A stretch of DNA of 64,000 nt from an uncultured Gemmatimonadales bacterium (GCA_937919655.1 CALFPJ010000022.1:64986-128985); one strand, 5' to 3'; shown: positions 29,930-39,183, counted from the first letter of the stretch. Program-made: numbers and translations. The notes: generated by a model not told the origin, from the sequence alone.

Positions 29930-30415
29930 TCAATTCACGTCCACTAACTGGACCTCGAATACGAGGGTGGCCCCAGCTGGCACCTGGCCCTGAGCCCTTG
30001 AACCATAGGCCAGCCCTGGGCGTACGATCAGCCGCCGACGTCCGCCGAGGCGCATTCCTGCAATACCCTGGTTCCAGCCCCGGATCACTTCGTTTCCGCC
30101 CAACCGGAAATGAAACGGATCACCTTGAAGCGTCGCGTCGAAAACCGTGCCGTCCGGGAGCCAGCCTACATAGTAGATCCAGACTCGACTGGTGCTGTTG
30201 GCCCGCGCGCCGAGGCCCTCTGAAATGTCCTGGATGTAGAGTCCTGATGCCGTCACTTCGAAGTCGGCGAGGTCGATCCCGAGTTCTTCCGCGAAGGTCA
30301 GTTCCGCGGGGTCGGTGGGGGGAAGAGGACCTGAAGCCGCGCCTCCACCGCACGCCGCCACGACGAGGTATGCCGCCGCGAACCATGGCCGCCGCTGAGG
30401 CTCCCTCCGGATCAT
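29930..30415 (-). CDS. FKBP-type peptidyl-prolyl cis-trans isomerase, lipoprotein (paralog)
   Basis: FKBP domain YYVGWLPDGTVFD...GIAGMRLGGRRRLIVRPGLAYG. Likely start at MIRREPQRRPWFAAAYLVVAAC (signal peptide plus lipobox); the track ORF runs to 30532. Confidence 0.85.
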   Translation of the reverse strand: MIRREPQRRPWFAAAYLVVAACGGGAASGPLPPTDPAELTFAEELGIDLADFEVTASGLYIQDISEGLGARANSTSRVWIYYVGWLPDGTVFDATLQGDPFHFRLGGNEVIRGWNQGIAGMRLGGRRRLIVRPGLAYGSRAQGQVPAGATLVFEVQLVDVN

Positions 30416-30600
30416 GTCTTCGGCCTTTCTGGCGTGACCTGCCCGTCCGTACCCATCGAAACAAGCACGGTGCAGAGCGCCGCGGTTCTGAGGAGCTTCA
30501 TGGCTTCGGTCCGGGAGTAAGTTTATTGCCAACTCGTTGACTGTACTCAGCTTCTTGAGCGGAGGCCACCACCAAGTCGCCGTTAGAAGAATCTGATGGG

Positions 30601-30624
30601 TTCACTCGTAGATTCACTCGTAGA
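30601..30624. promoter_or_regulatory. perfect 12-bp tandem direct repeat (TTCACTCGTAGA x2) in the FKBP / nfeD-flotillin divergent intergenic region
   Basis: Read directly from the sequence; lies 100 bp upstream of the NfeD-like start at 30724. Confidence 0.5.
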
Positions 30625-30723
30625 ATCGGTACGGCCAAGGCGCAACACCGGTCCGCGGTGGCCCAGTGGTATGCAAGCGACATAACTTGAACACCCCTCG
30701 ACTCGACCGAACAGGAGTCTCTC

Positions 30724-31302
30724 ATGTACGTGGCCTATCTTTTCAGCGTCGTGCTCGGCGGCGGGCTCCTGTTGCTGTCGCTGCTCGGAGATCTGCTCGG
30801 CGGTGACGCCAGCGACCTAGAACTCGACGTCGACTTCGACTCGACCTCCGATGTCGATCATTCTGCGACGAAAATTCTGTCGTTCCGGATGGTCTCCTAT
30901 GCACTGTTTGGCTTCGGCGCCGTGGGTTGGCTACTCACGCAGGCCGGCTTCGTGCCCGGCGCCGCAAGCACGGTGACGTATGCCTCTTCGGCCGGCATTT
31001 TGTCGGGGGCCCTTGTCCAGCGGGTCTTTGCTTATTTGCGCCGCACGGAGACCGGAATGCTCCAGCCAGACGACTCGTTCGCTGGCCTGTCAGGCCAGGT
31101 GATCCTGCCTCTGGGCGGAGGCACCGCCGGGGGTGTTGCGGTCGAGCGTGGCGGACGGAGACTAACTCTTCGCGCACTGCCCCATTCCACCGCGTCCGCG
31201 AGTCGGCCGCCCGAAGATTGGAAAGACGTCGTGGTGGTAGAAATGAAGGATGGGATCGCTTACGTCGTTCCCACAGATAGAGACCTCACAGCCTTACCCT
31301 GA
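30724..31302 (+). CDS. NfeD-like (YuaF/YqiJ-type) membrane protein with C-terminal OB-fold
   Basis: 192 aa; two TM segments then GQVILPLGGGTAGGVAVERGGRRLTLRA...VVVVEMKDGIAYVVP; immediately upstream of flotillin. Confidence 0.75.
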   Translation: MYVAYLFSVVLGGGLLLLSLLGDLLGGDASDLELDVDFDSTSDVDHSATKILSFRMVSYALFGFGAVGWLLTQAGFVPGAASTVTYASSAGILSGALVQRVFAYLRRTETGMLQPDDSFAGLSGQVILPLGGGTAGGVAVERGGRRLTLRALPHSTASASRPPEDWKDVVVVEMKDGIAYVVPTDRDLTALP

Positions 31303-31328
31303 TAGGGCACTCCCCAGCGGAGATTCAA

Positions 31329-32672
31329 ATGGAAGAACTCGTGCAGTTTGTGACGGCCCCCGCCACCCTCGCCTTCGTAGGCATCGTGGTAGTCATGGTT
31401 TTGATCTCTACGATCCGGGCGCTCATCGTCATCGTGCCCCCAAACCGCGCTGCGGTCATCACGGGTGGAATGCGAACGCTGGCCGATGGACGCACCATCG
31501 GCTACCGCTCGATCACCGGCGGAAGGACGCTGCGGGTGCCGATCATTGAAACGATCGCTCACCTCAACCTCGAGACGATCGCGATCGAAATTACGGTCCA
31601 CAACGCATTCTCGAAGGGGAACATTCCCCTCAATGTGGAAGCGATCGCGAACGTCAAAATCGCGTCAGAACCCGAGACGGTATTCAACAACGCGGTCGAG
31701 CGACTCCTTGGCAAAACTGAGGAAGAGATCAAACAGCTCGCCAAGGACACCCTGATGGGTAACCTGCGCGGCGTGTTGGCAACGCTGACCCCTGAGGAGG
31801 TCAACGAAGACCGCCTAGGCTTCGCAAAGGCGTTGTCGGAGGACGCGGGGGAGGACCTCGCCGCGTTGGGCTTCCACTTGGACGTCCTCAAGATCCAGAA
31901 CGTGAGTGACGAGCGCGGATACCTCGAAGCGATCGGTCGGAGGAAGGCGGCCGAAGCCGTGCGTGAAGCGGAGATCGCCGAGGCCCAGGCTGAGGCGGAC
32001 ACACGACAGGCCCAAGCGCTCGCGCGTCAGCGAGCCGAGATCCAGGAAGCAGAGTCCAGCGTCAAGATCGCAGAGGCGGAAAATTTACTTCGTGTACGCC
32101 AAGCGCAGCTCAACCAGGAAGCCGAGATCGCTGAAAAAACCGCCGTCGTGAAGTCGGAGGAAGCGAAGGTCGAGGCCGAACGGTCACTCGAATCTAGGCG
32201 TGTCGAGCGGGAGATGGAGCGCCTCCGCGCCGATGTCATCGAGCCCGCCAATGCGGCAAGGCAGGCGGCGTTCGCGGCTGCTGAAGGCGAGGCTGCGCCG
32301 ATCCTTGAGCGAGGCAAGGCTCAGGTCGCGGTGCTAAACCTACTCTACGAGCAGATCAAGACCGGGGGGGACCAAGCGTTCGCGGTGTTCCTGGCCGAGA
32401 AGCTGCCCGAGCTACTCGAGATCTCCGTTGAAGCCGTGAAGGGCGTGGACATCGACCGCCTTATTGTCATGGACAGCGGCGACGGCGGCGGCGTGAGCAA
32501 CGCGGTGAACCAGCGTGTGAAGGGTGCGTACGGGACGCTTGAAGGGCTGGGCTCAGCGCTTGGGATCGACATCCAAGGCGTGCTGCAGAACGCGGCCAAG
32601 AACATGGCGGGTGGGGGGCGGTCAGAGGGGATCTTGCCGCCGCCCCTCAGCCCGTCGGAGGCCGACGACTAG
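31329..32672 (+). CDS. flotillin-like SPFH/band-7 protein
   Basis: 447 aa; N-terminal TM, SPFH domain, then long A/E-rich coiled-coil (EA repeats) typical of FloT/YuaG. Confidence 0.88.
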   Translation: MEELVQFVTAPATLAFVGIVVVMVLISTIRALIVIVPPNRAAVITGGMRTLADGRTIGYRSITGGRTLRVPIIETIAHLNLETIAIEITVHNAFSKGNIPLNVEAIANVKIASEPETVFNNAVERLLGKTEEEIKQLAKDTLMGNLRGVLATLTPEEVNEDRLGFAKALSEDAGEDLAALGFHLDVLKIQNVSDERGYLEAIGRRKAAEAVREAEIAEAQAEADTRQAQALARQRAEIQEAESSVKIAEAENLLRVRQAQLNQEAEIAEKTAVVKSEEAKVEAERSLESRRVEREMERLRADVIEPANAARQAAFAAAEGEAAPILERGKAQVAVLNLLYEQIKTGGDQAFAVFLAEKLPELLEISVEAVKGVDIDRLIVMDSGDGGGVSNAVNQRVKGAYGTLEGLGSALGIDIQGVLQNAAKNMAGGGRSEGILPPPLSPSEADD

Positions 32673-32887
32673 AAGGCTGTTGAAGAAGTACAGCGGCCCG
32701 CGTTACGGTGCTAGGGTGCCCGCAGCTCCTATCGTTCCTCCATGAACGACGCGAAACCAGGCCCCACATTGCGCTTGAAGACACTCCAGTTTTCCCCAAA
32801 CCAGGCATCGTCGAACATGGCGGACGCCCCCAACATGCTCTCCAGGATAGCTTCGTCATAGATACTTTTTTCACAGCTTCGATGGCA

Positions 32888-32960
32888 CTGGGGCGGGAGG
32901 ACTTGAACCTCCAACCTCCTGGTTAACAGCCAGGCGCTCTGCCAATTGAGCTACACCCCA
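32888..32960 (-). tRNA. tRNA-Asn (anticodon GTT)
   Basis: Hand-folded cloverleaf: acceptor TGGGGTG/CGCCCCA, D-arm GCTC-AATTGGCA-GAGC, anticodon arm CCTGG-CTGTTAA-CCAGG, T-arm GGAGG-TTCAAGT-CCTCC; U8, U33 and A37 present; no encoded CCA. Confidence 0.85.
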
Positions 32961-33010
32961 TCAACCTGTTGCATATCGGCCCAGAAACAGGCCGCTAACA
33001 GAACTCCAAA

Positions 33011-33048
33011 AAAAACGACCGCGACCCCCGTGGGGACCGCGGCCGTCT
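33011..33048 (-). terminator. putative intrinsic terminator downstream of mdh
   Basis: Imperfect GC-rich hairpin (GGCCGCGGTCCCCACGGGGGTCGCGGTC on the minus strand) followed by an 8-nt U-run (plus-strand aaaaaaaa at 33011-33018). Confidence 0.55.
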
Positions 33049-33180
33049 CGTTGCTGTTCCGCTCAGCTACACGAGTTCGTCACCGCGATCCCCTTGGGGA
33101 TTTCGATTCGAGTTCGGATTGCTGTGCAGATTCGTCATGAGCTAATGCTCGCTTCACCCAGTATCGATGTCAAATCAGGG

Positions 33181-34119
33181 CTACTGAAGCGCCTTGAGCG
33201 CCGCAACGGTGGAACGCACGTGCTCGGCGCTGTACTCAAGCGCAGCAGTCTCTTCAGCGCTGAGCTCCACTTCCAGGATGCGCTGTAGGCCGCCCTCCCC
33301 GAGCTGACACGGGACCCCGAGGTAGAGGTCCTTCATGCCGTATTCGCCCTGCAGCCAAGCCGCACACGGAAGGATGCGCTTCTTGTCCTTCACGATCGCC
33401 TCGGCCATCTGCACGGCGGCGGCGGCCGGCGCGTAGTAGGCGCTTCCGGTCTTCAGATAGGCGACGATCTCACCCCCACCCTTTCGCGTCCGCTCAACGA
33501 GCGCATCAATGCGATCCTGAGAGAGGAGCTGCGACAGCGGAATCCCGCTGACAGACGTGTAGCTGGCAAGCGGCACCATGGTGTCGCCGTGCCCACCCAG
33601 GACGAGCGCCTGAATGTCCTCGATCGAAACATCGAGTTCGAGCGCGATAAAGGAGCGGTAGCGGGCCGTATCTAGCACGCCCGCCATGCCGATCACGCGC
33701 TCGCGGGGGAAGCCGGTCGTTTCAAGAGCGACCTGAGCCATGACGTCGAGGGGATTCGTGACCATGATCACGATCGATTCTGGAGCGACCCGCTTGATTT
33801 CTTTGCAGACCGAGGTGATTACGCCGGCGTTGATCTTAAGGAGGTCGTCACGACTCATGCCGGGCTTACGCGCAATGCCCGCCGTGATGATGAAGATCTC
33901 TGAGCCCGCGCACTTCTCGTAGTCGTTCACGCCGTAGACGCGCGAGTCGCACCCCTCAATGGGAGCGCTCTCCCACTGGTCGAGGCCCTTCCCCTGCGGA
34001 ATGCCGTCGGCGATGTCGACCAGAATGACTTCCCGAGCCAGTTCTTTTTGTGCCAACAACTGTGAGCAGGTCGCGCCGACATGGCCGGCGCCCACTACTG
34101 TGATCTTCTTGACGCTCAT
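33181..34119 (-). CDS. mdh: malate dehydrogenase (LDH-like family)
   Basis: 312 aa; KITVVGAGHVG Rossmann motif and MSRDDLL signature. Confidence 0.92.
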   Translation of the reverse strand: MSVKKITVVGAGHVGATCSQLLAQKELAREVILVDIADGIPQGKGLDQWESAPIEGCDSRVYGVNDYEKCAGSEIFIITAGIARKPGMSRDDLLKINAGVITSVCKEIKRVAPESIVIMVTNPLDVMAQVALETTGFPRERVIGMAGVLDTARYRSFIALELDVSIEDIQALVLGGHGDTMVPLASYTSVSGIPLSQLLSQDRIDALVERTRKGGGEIVAYLKTGSAYYAPAAAAVQMAEAIVKDKKRILPCAAWLQGEYGMKDLYLGVPCQLGEGGLQRILEVELSAEETAALEYSAEHVRSTVAALKALQ

Positions 34120-34224
34120 AGCAAAAGTCCGCTCCGCGGCAGGATAACTACAGGAAAATTATGGGTATGCCGGGACCGATCACGCTGGTCCCAAATGGAG
34201 TGTAAACGACCTGCTCGCGGAGGT

Positions 34225-35205
34225 CTACCCGCCGGTCTGCGACAGCGCGACAAGGCCGCCGGAACCGGCGGCGCTACCCTGGATCAGGTAGTGCCTCTCA
34301 GGCTTGACCCGGAGCGTTTCTTCGATGAGCGGAACCAGATCTTCGCCGGCCCTGAGCGGGTCGCGCAGGTTGGTCTCAAGCTCGCCGAAGAGGCACGGAC
34401 GTAGCTGCCCGGAAGCGGTCAGGCGCATCCGATTACAGCGGTCACAGTAGTTGTGACTCATGGGCGTGATGACGCCCACGGTGCCCGGGGCACCTGGGAA
34501 GCGGTAGTACGTCGCGGGGCCATTTCCGAAGGGACCTTCCACGGGCTCGATGGACTCCATCGCTCGCACGCGTCGCAGCGCCTCGGCGCATGAGATAAAG
34601 CTGTTGGCGCTCAGGTCAAGATTGGCACCGGTAGGCATCATCTCGATGAAACGAATGTGCCACGAACGCTCCCGCGTGATGCGGGCGAAGTCCTCGATTT
34701 CGTCGTCGTTCTGCCCACGGATCAGCACTACATTGATCTTGAGGGGTGAGAAGCCGACTGCGTCCGCGGCATCGAGCCCCTCCATGATCTTGGGGAATGA
34801 GCCCGGCCGCCGAGAAATGGCGTCCACACGATCCGGGCGCAGCGAATCCAACGAAACGTTAAGCCGCTGGATTCCCGCGGACTTGAGGTCTTCAGCTTGG
34901 TCGGCGAGGAGCACCGCGTTCGTGGATAACGAGATATCCTCGATACCCGGGACCGCGCTGATCATCCGCACGAGATCAGGCAGGTCACGCCGTATGAGTG
35001 GCTCACCCCCGGTGAGGCGAACCCTCTTCAAGCCCATGCCCGCCATGGTCCGGACAACCGACGCGATCTCTTCGTAGGAGAGAATGTCCTCCCGCTTCAA
35101 CCACGCGAGGCCCTCCATCGGCATGCAATAGACGCACCGCAAATTACACTTGTCGGTTACGGAGATGCGTAGGTATTCGACGCGACGACCGAACTGATCT
35201 TTCAC
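34225..35205 (-). CDS. moaA: GTP 3',8-cyclase (radical SAM)
   Basis: 326 aa; CNLRCVYCMP radical-SAM motif; C-terminal GG. Confidence 0.92.
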   Translation of the reverse strand: MKDQFGRRVEYLRISVTDKCNLRCVYCMPMEGLAWLKREDILSYEEIASVVRTMAGMGLKRVRLTGGEPLIRRDLPDLVRMISAVPGIEDISLSTNAVLLADQAEDLKSAGIQRLNVSLDSLRPDRVDAISRRPGSFPKIMEGLDAADAVGFSPLKINVVLIRGQNDDEIEDFARITRERSWHIRFIEMMPTGANLDLSANSFISCAEALRRVRAMESIEPVEGPFGNGPATYYRFPGAPGTVGVITPMSHNYCDRCNRMRLTASGQLRPCLFGELETNLRDPLRAGEDLVPLIEETLRVKPERHYLIQGSAAGSGGLVALSQTGG

Positions 35206-35645
35206 GCTTCGCTCCCAGTTGTAACCGGCGGGATCTGCCCTTCGACCCAGGTAGACTCACCATCTGTGTAGTGCTCTTTCTTCCAAACCGGCAGGCGCTT
35301 CTTGATCTCTTCAATCACGTAGCGGGATGCCTCGTAGGACTCCGCGCGGTGCGGGCTCGACACCGCGACTGCCACACTGACTTCTCCAACCGCCAGCTCA
35401 CCGAAACGGTGCACCACAGCGACCCGGTCCGTCCCAAGGGTCTGGGCCGCTTCTTCAGCGATCGCGCGCAGCACCTCGCTGGCCATCTCTTCATAGGCGT
35501 CGTAACGCATACCCGATACGGGCCGTTCGTCCGCATGGTTACGCACCACACCCAGGAAAAGCAGCGAGGCGCCGTCCTGCTCTGATCCGACTCGAGCGAG
35601 CACGTCGACGGCGTCAATCACCTCGGTCGATACCCTCGCGTACAC
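35202..35645 (-). CDS. moaE: molybdopterin synthase catalytic subunit
   Basis: 147 aa; MoaE family (FLGVVRNH...). Confidence 0.88.
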   Translation of the reverse strand: MYARVSTEVIDAVDVLARVGSEQDGASLLFLGVVRNHADERPVSGMRYDAYEEMASEVLRAIAEEAAQTLGTDRVAVVHRFGELAVGEVSVAVAVSSPHRAESYEASRYVIEEIKKRLPVWKKEHYTDGESTWVEGQIPPVTTGSEA

Positions 35646-35647
35646 GC

Positions 35648-35899
35648 TCAGCCCCCTGCGACCGGCGGAATAAACGCGACTTCGTCGCCTGCGCCGAGGG
35701 GCTCATCGAGGAAGGCATAGTGGTGATTCACCGCCACCGCTGGTTCCGCCGGCAGCACATCAAAAGGCGCACCCCGTCCACGAAGCTCCGACACGAGATC
35801 GGCCACGGTAGCGCCCGCGGCAAGCTCAACGTCCAGTTCCGAGACCCCGAAGTGGTCGCGGTATGCTGCGAAGAACAGAGTGCGGACAGGAACCGACAT
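35648..35899 (-). CDS. moaD: molybdopterin synthase sulfur-carrier subunit
   Basis: Ends ...FIPPVAGG. Likely start MSVPVRTLFFAAYRD (83 aa); the track ORF runs to 35932. Confidence 0.85.
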   Translation of the reverse strand: MSVPVRTLFFAAYRDHFGVSELDVELAAGATVADLVSELRGRGAPFDVLPAEPAVAVNHHYAFLDEPLGAGDEVAFIPPVAGG

Positions 35900-36042
35900 G
35901 GCGTCCAGGGGGAGAGTCACAGCTTGGGGCACGTATGAGAGTGAAGGACCCCCACTGCCCCGTCAACGTTCCAAGTACAGGTCTCAGAGGCCTGGACGCC
36001 CGAACGCTCTCCAATCGCGGTTTCCGCCCGGCTTCCGGTGCA

Positions 36043-36576
36043 CTAGTTGCCACCCCGCCGGCCAACACCGTTCGCTCGACCGCGCTGGCCCTCTCTGAAC
36101 CTCTGGATCCGCTCGCCGAGTTGCTCCCGCAGGGCGTGGTAGCGGAGTACCTGCACGGGTGTCAGAATTTCCCTCAGTCGAGCCTGCTCAGCCACGAACA
36201 ACTCGGCCTCACGCAGACGTAAGGCGGCCATGCGATCAAGCAGTTCGATCGCCTGCTGCTGGTCCTCTTCGCCCTCCAAGGTCAACGCTTCCACGCGGCG
36301 ACGGAGCGCCTGCTCCTCTCTCCCCAAGCTCCGACGCTGAACCTCGAAGTCCTGAACAGCATCTGAGAGCCTCGCACCCTCGTCCTCTGAAAGCCCAAGC
36401 TGGGTCCGCATCATCTCGCCCATTTGCGCACGGATGCGCTGCTCGAGCTGCACTCGATCCTGACCCGGTCGGCGTTGTCCCGGAGGGCCTCGCTGAGCGG
36501 AGACCGGGAGGGCCACGACAAGCGACACTGCCAACCCCGCGATGAGAGCGATTCTGTGCTTCGCTGCAGACTTCAT
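36043..36576 (-). CDS. periplasmic Spy/CpxP/ZraP-like LTXXQ-motif protein
   Basis: 177 aa; signal peptide (...ALPVSAQ), coiled-coil R/E/Q-rich region, LTPVQ motif; last gene of a sigma/anti-sigma operon. Confidence 0.65.
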   Translation of the reverse strand: MKSAAKHRIALIAGLAVSLVVALPVSAQRGPPGQRRPGQDRVQLEQRIRAQMGEMMRTQLGLSEDEGARLSDAVQDFEVQRRSLGREEQALRRRVEALTLEGEEDQQQAIELLDRMAALRLREAELFVAEQARLREILTPVQVLRYHALREQLGERIQRFREGQRGRANGVGRRGGN

Positions 36577-37046
36577 GCGGCTCCTCCGGCTGAACCGGCG
36601 GTGAGTTCCGCCAACAATGTCGCGAGGGCCTCGTCCGATAGGTCCTCAAGCGAAGGCGCGCCTGCGATCAAGCCATCATCGCCCGGCCACAATTCAGTGG
36701 TTTCGGTCTCGTATGCATAACCCGGCACGACAGCGCTCTCCGGATCGGCTCCATTCGAGAGTCCGACACCGAATGCAAGCGCCGCAACTGCAGCTGCGGA
36801 GAGTCCCCACCAGGGGCGGCGGACCGACCGGCGGTCGGCTAGTACGGATCCCTTGATTCGGAGCGCCAACCCAGCAGGCACCTCGGGACGACTCGCAAGC
36901 AGCATCGAAGCCAGTTCGGCCTCAGCCCGGCACGAGCCACAGGCTTCAAAATGAGCCTCGGTCGCGCCCAAATTCGCTTCCGCGAGTCGGCTACCCACGT
37001 AGTCTGGAATCCACTCACGGACCGTCTCACACGTTGTCGTATTCAC
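36573..37046 (-). CDS. anti-sigma factor, zf-HC2 type, single-pass membrane
   Basis: 157 aa; HFEACGSC (HxxxCxxC) motif, TM helix WWGLSAAAVAALAFGVGL; 4-nt overlaps on both sides. Confidence 0.75.
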   Translation of the reverse strand: MNTTTCETVREWIPDYVGSRLAEANLGATEAHFEACGSCRAEAELASMLLASRPEVPAGLALRIKGSVLADRRSVRRPWWGLSAAAVAALAFGVGLSNGADPESAVVPGYAYETETTELWPGDDGLIAGAPSLEDLSDEALATLLAELTAGSAGGAA

Positions 37047-37600
37047 TCCATCAACTCCCTGAGCCGGCGGATGCCATGAAAGTAGTTCACCCGTGCCGCA
37101 CCCTCACTGGACCCGATAACTTCGCCAATCTCTTTGAAGCTCATCCCCTCCTCCACCCGCAACGAGACGGAGAGCTTCTGTTTCTCCGGCAGCTCATCCA
37201 ACATCAAGCGCGCCTGTGCTGCCTCGTCCGCGACCACGGTTTCTTCTTCCGGATTCTTGCCCCCTGACGGTAGGGGACCCACATCATCCAACGTGGACTC
37301 CCGGCGCCGCCCTCGTTTGCGAAACGCACTTCGCGCCTCGTTCGCCGTGATCGTAAGAATCCACGTGCGAAAGGCGGCGTCTCCTCGAAAGCCAGACAGT
37401 GCGCGGAACGCCTTGATGAACGCATCCTGGACCACGTCCTGCGCCGCGTCATCATCTCGTAGCATAGAGACTGCCACGCGGTAGGCGGCTTCGTGATGTC
37501 GTTCCACCAAAGTGCTAAGCGCCGAGTCGTCTCCGCCTCGTGCCCGTTCGACCAGATCCTTGTCGAAAATCTCATGCTCCGATCCTCTGTCTTCCCTCAC
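37043..37600 (-). CDS. RNA polymerase ECF-type sigma-70 factor
   Basis: 185 aa; region 2 (...DAFIKAFRALSGFRG...FRTWILTITAN) and region 4 HTH (SFKEIGEVIGSSEGAARVNYFHGIRRLRE). Confidence 0.88.
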   Translation of the reverse strand: MREDRGSEHEIFDKDLVERARGGDDSALSTLVERHHEAAYRVAVSMLRDDDAAQDVVQDAFIKAFRALSGFRGDAAFRTWILTITANEARSAFRKRGRRRESTLDDVGPLPSGGKNPEEETVVADEAAQARLMLDELPEKQKLSVSLRVEEGMSFKEIGEVIGSSEGAARVNYFHGIRRLRELME

Positions 37601-37655
37601 CTACGCTAAGACAGACTCAGAGTGGAGAACGTTAAACGGGGTACGCGCCCCGTGG

Positions 37656-37949
37656 TCAGGACTGGTCGAGTTTGGCGACACGCACACTGAGATGCTTTGA
37701 CGGCTTGAACACGGGCACCGACCGGGAGGGCACATCGACGGCGTCACCGGTGCGAGGATTACGCGCCACACGCGTCTTCCGCTTGCGGACCTTAAACGTG
37801 CCAAAACCGCGAATCTCGATGTTCTCGCCGTTGGCCAGCGCGAGCTTTACCGCGTTGAGAAAGCCATCGACGACGAGCGCACAATCCTTCTTGGTGATCC
37901 CGGGGCCGATCGCATCGGCCACCTGCTCAACCAAGTCCGCCTTCGTCAT
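37656..37949 (-). CDS. HU/IHF-family DNA-binding protein
   Basis: 97 aa; GFGTFKVRKRKTRVARNPRTGDAV beta-arm signature. Confidence 0.9.
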   Translation of the reverse strand: MTKADLVEQVADAIGPGITKKDCALVVDGFLNAVKLALANGENIEIRGFGTFKVRKRKTRVARNPRTGDAVDVPSRSVPVFKPSKHLSVRVAKLDQS

Positions 37950-38088
37950 ACTGCCTCCTGAGGAGGGATTCTCAAATGCGTCGTCAGCCCGCCGTTTATT
38001 CGCTCAGGGGAAGCACGGTAACGACGCCCTAGGGGGGCCGCAAGGTTCGCGGAGTCGTTGCGGGATAGAGACTTAAGCGGGCGCACAA

Positions 38089-39183
38089 TCAACCCGAATC
38101 TCCCTTGCGGTCGGCCATCAAGGCGACGAAGCGATCAAACAAATATCTACTGTCGTGCGGCCCAGGTGCGGCTTCCGGATGGTACTGAACCGAAAGCACC
38201 GGAAGCTCCCGGTGCTCGACACCCTCGACCGTGCCGTCGTAGAGATTGCGGTGCGTGAGCCGAAGCCCAGGTGCGCCCGGAATCTCGTCCCCTTCGCCAG
38301 CAGTGACCGCGAACCCATGGTTCTGCGAAGTGATCTCGACCATCCCGGTATCCAAGTTCTGTACCGGGTGATTGCCTCCGTGGTGGCCGAACGGGAGCTT
38401 GTACGTGCCAGCCCCGAAGGCCCTGCAAATCAACTGATGACCGAGGCAGATCCCGAAGACCGGAACGTTGTTCTGCGCCAGCCCGAGGATCGCCGCTTCA
38501 GCCTTTTCCACCGCTGCCGGGTCGCCGGGTCCGTTGGAAACGAATAACCCGTCGGGCGGGTCGGCCAGGATCGAGTCCGGTGGCGTGTCGGCAGGGATCA
38601 CCGTGACGCGGCAGCCGCGCTCCGCGAGCAACTTGGGTGAGTGCGCCTTCACCCCGAAGTCGTAAGCCAGCACGTGGAAGAGTTCTTCACCTTCCGCCGC
38701 GATCTCATACGGTTCATCGGTCGAAACCCCACAGGCCAGGTCGAGGCCCTCCATAATCGGCTGCTGCTTCACGCGCTCAAGCACCTCAGCGTCCGACATC
38801 GAAGCGGGGGCGATCGCACCGCGCATCGCCCCCTGCGACCGAATGTGGAGCGTCAGGGCTCGGGTATCGAGGTCTGAGATCCCCGTGATGCCGTTGGCCC
38901 GGAGGTATTCGTCCAGCCCACTCTCAGACCGCCAGTTGGAGTCGACACGCGAGGCTTCGCGAACGATGAAGCCCGCCACCCGAGGCACCGACGACTCTCG
39001 GTCTTCGGAGTTTACCCCGTAGTTGCCGATGAGCGGGTAAGTCATCGTGACCAACTGACCCGTGTACGAGGGGTCTGTCAGGATCTCCTGATAACCCGTC
39101 ATACAGGTGTTGAACACGACTTCACCAAAGGCGAGTTCATGAGCCCCAACAAAGTCGCCGTCAAAGCGGCGGCCGTCTTCCAA
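38089..39183 (-). CDS. carA: carbamoyl-phosphate synthase small (glutaminase) subunit
   Basis: GEVVFNTCMTGYQEILTDPSY... plus class-I GATase triad region (GICLGHQL). The true start is probably upstream of the TTG at 39183; see findings. Confidence 0.88.
   Translation of the reverse strand: MEDGRRFDGDFVGAHELAFGEVVFNTCMTGYQEILTDPSYTGQLVTMTYPLIGNYGVNSEDRESSVPRVAGFIVREASRVDSNWRSESGLDEYLRANGITGISDLDTRALTLHIRSQGAMRGAIAPASMSDAEVLERVKQQPIMEGLDLACGVSTDEPYEIAAEGEELFHVLAYDFGVKAHSPKLLAERGCRVTVIPADTPPDSILADPPDGLFVSNGPGDPAAVEKAEAAILGLAQNNVPVFGICLGHQLICRAFGAGTYKLPFGHHGGNHPVQNLDTGMVEITSQNHGFAVTAGEGDEIPGAPGLRLTHRNLYDGTVEGVEHRELPVLSVQYHPEAAPGPHDSRYLFDRFVALMADRKGDSG

Noticed and set aside
30498-30532. Mini-ORF MKLLRTAALCTVLVSMG... 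resembling a signal peptide upstream of the second FKBP gene
   Set aside because: Different frame from the FKBP ORF, and it stops after 30 codons. The FKBP frame has its own credible lipoprotein signal (MIRREPQRR...LVVAAC).
32729-32914. 61-aa minus-strand ORF downstream of flotillin
   Set aside because: Its first nine codons are the tRNA-Asn sequence itself; mixed codon usage; likely spurious.
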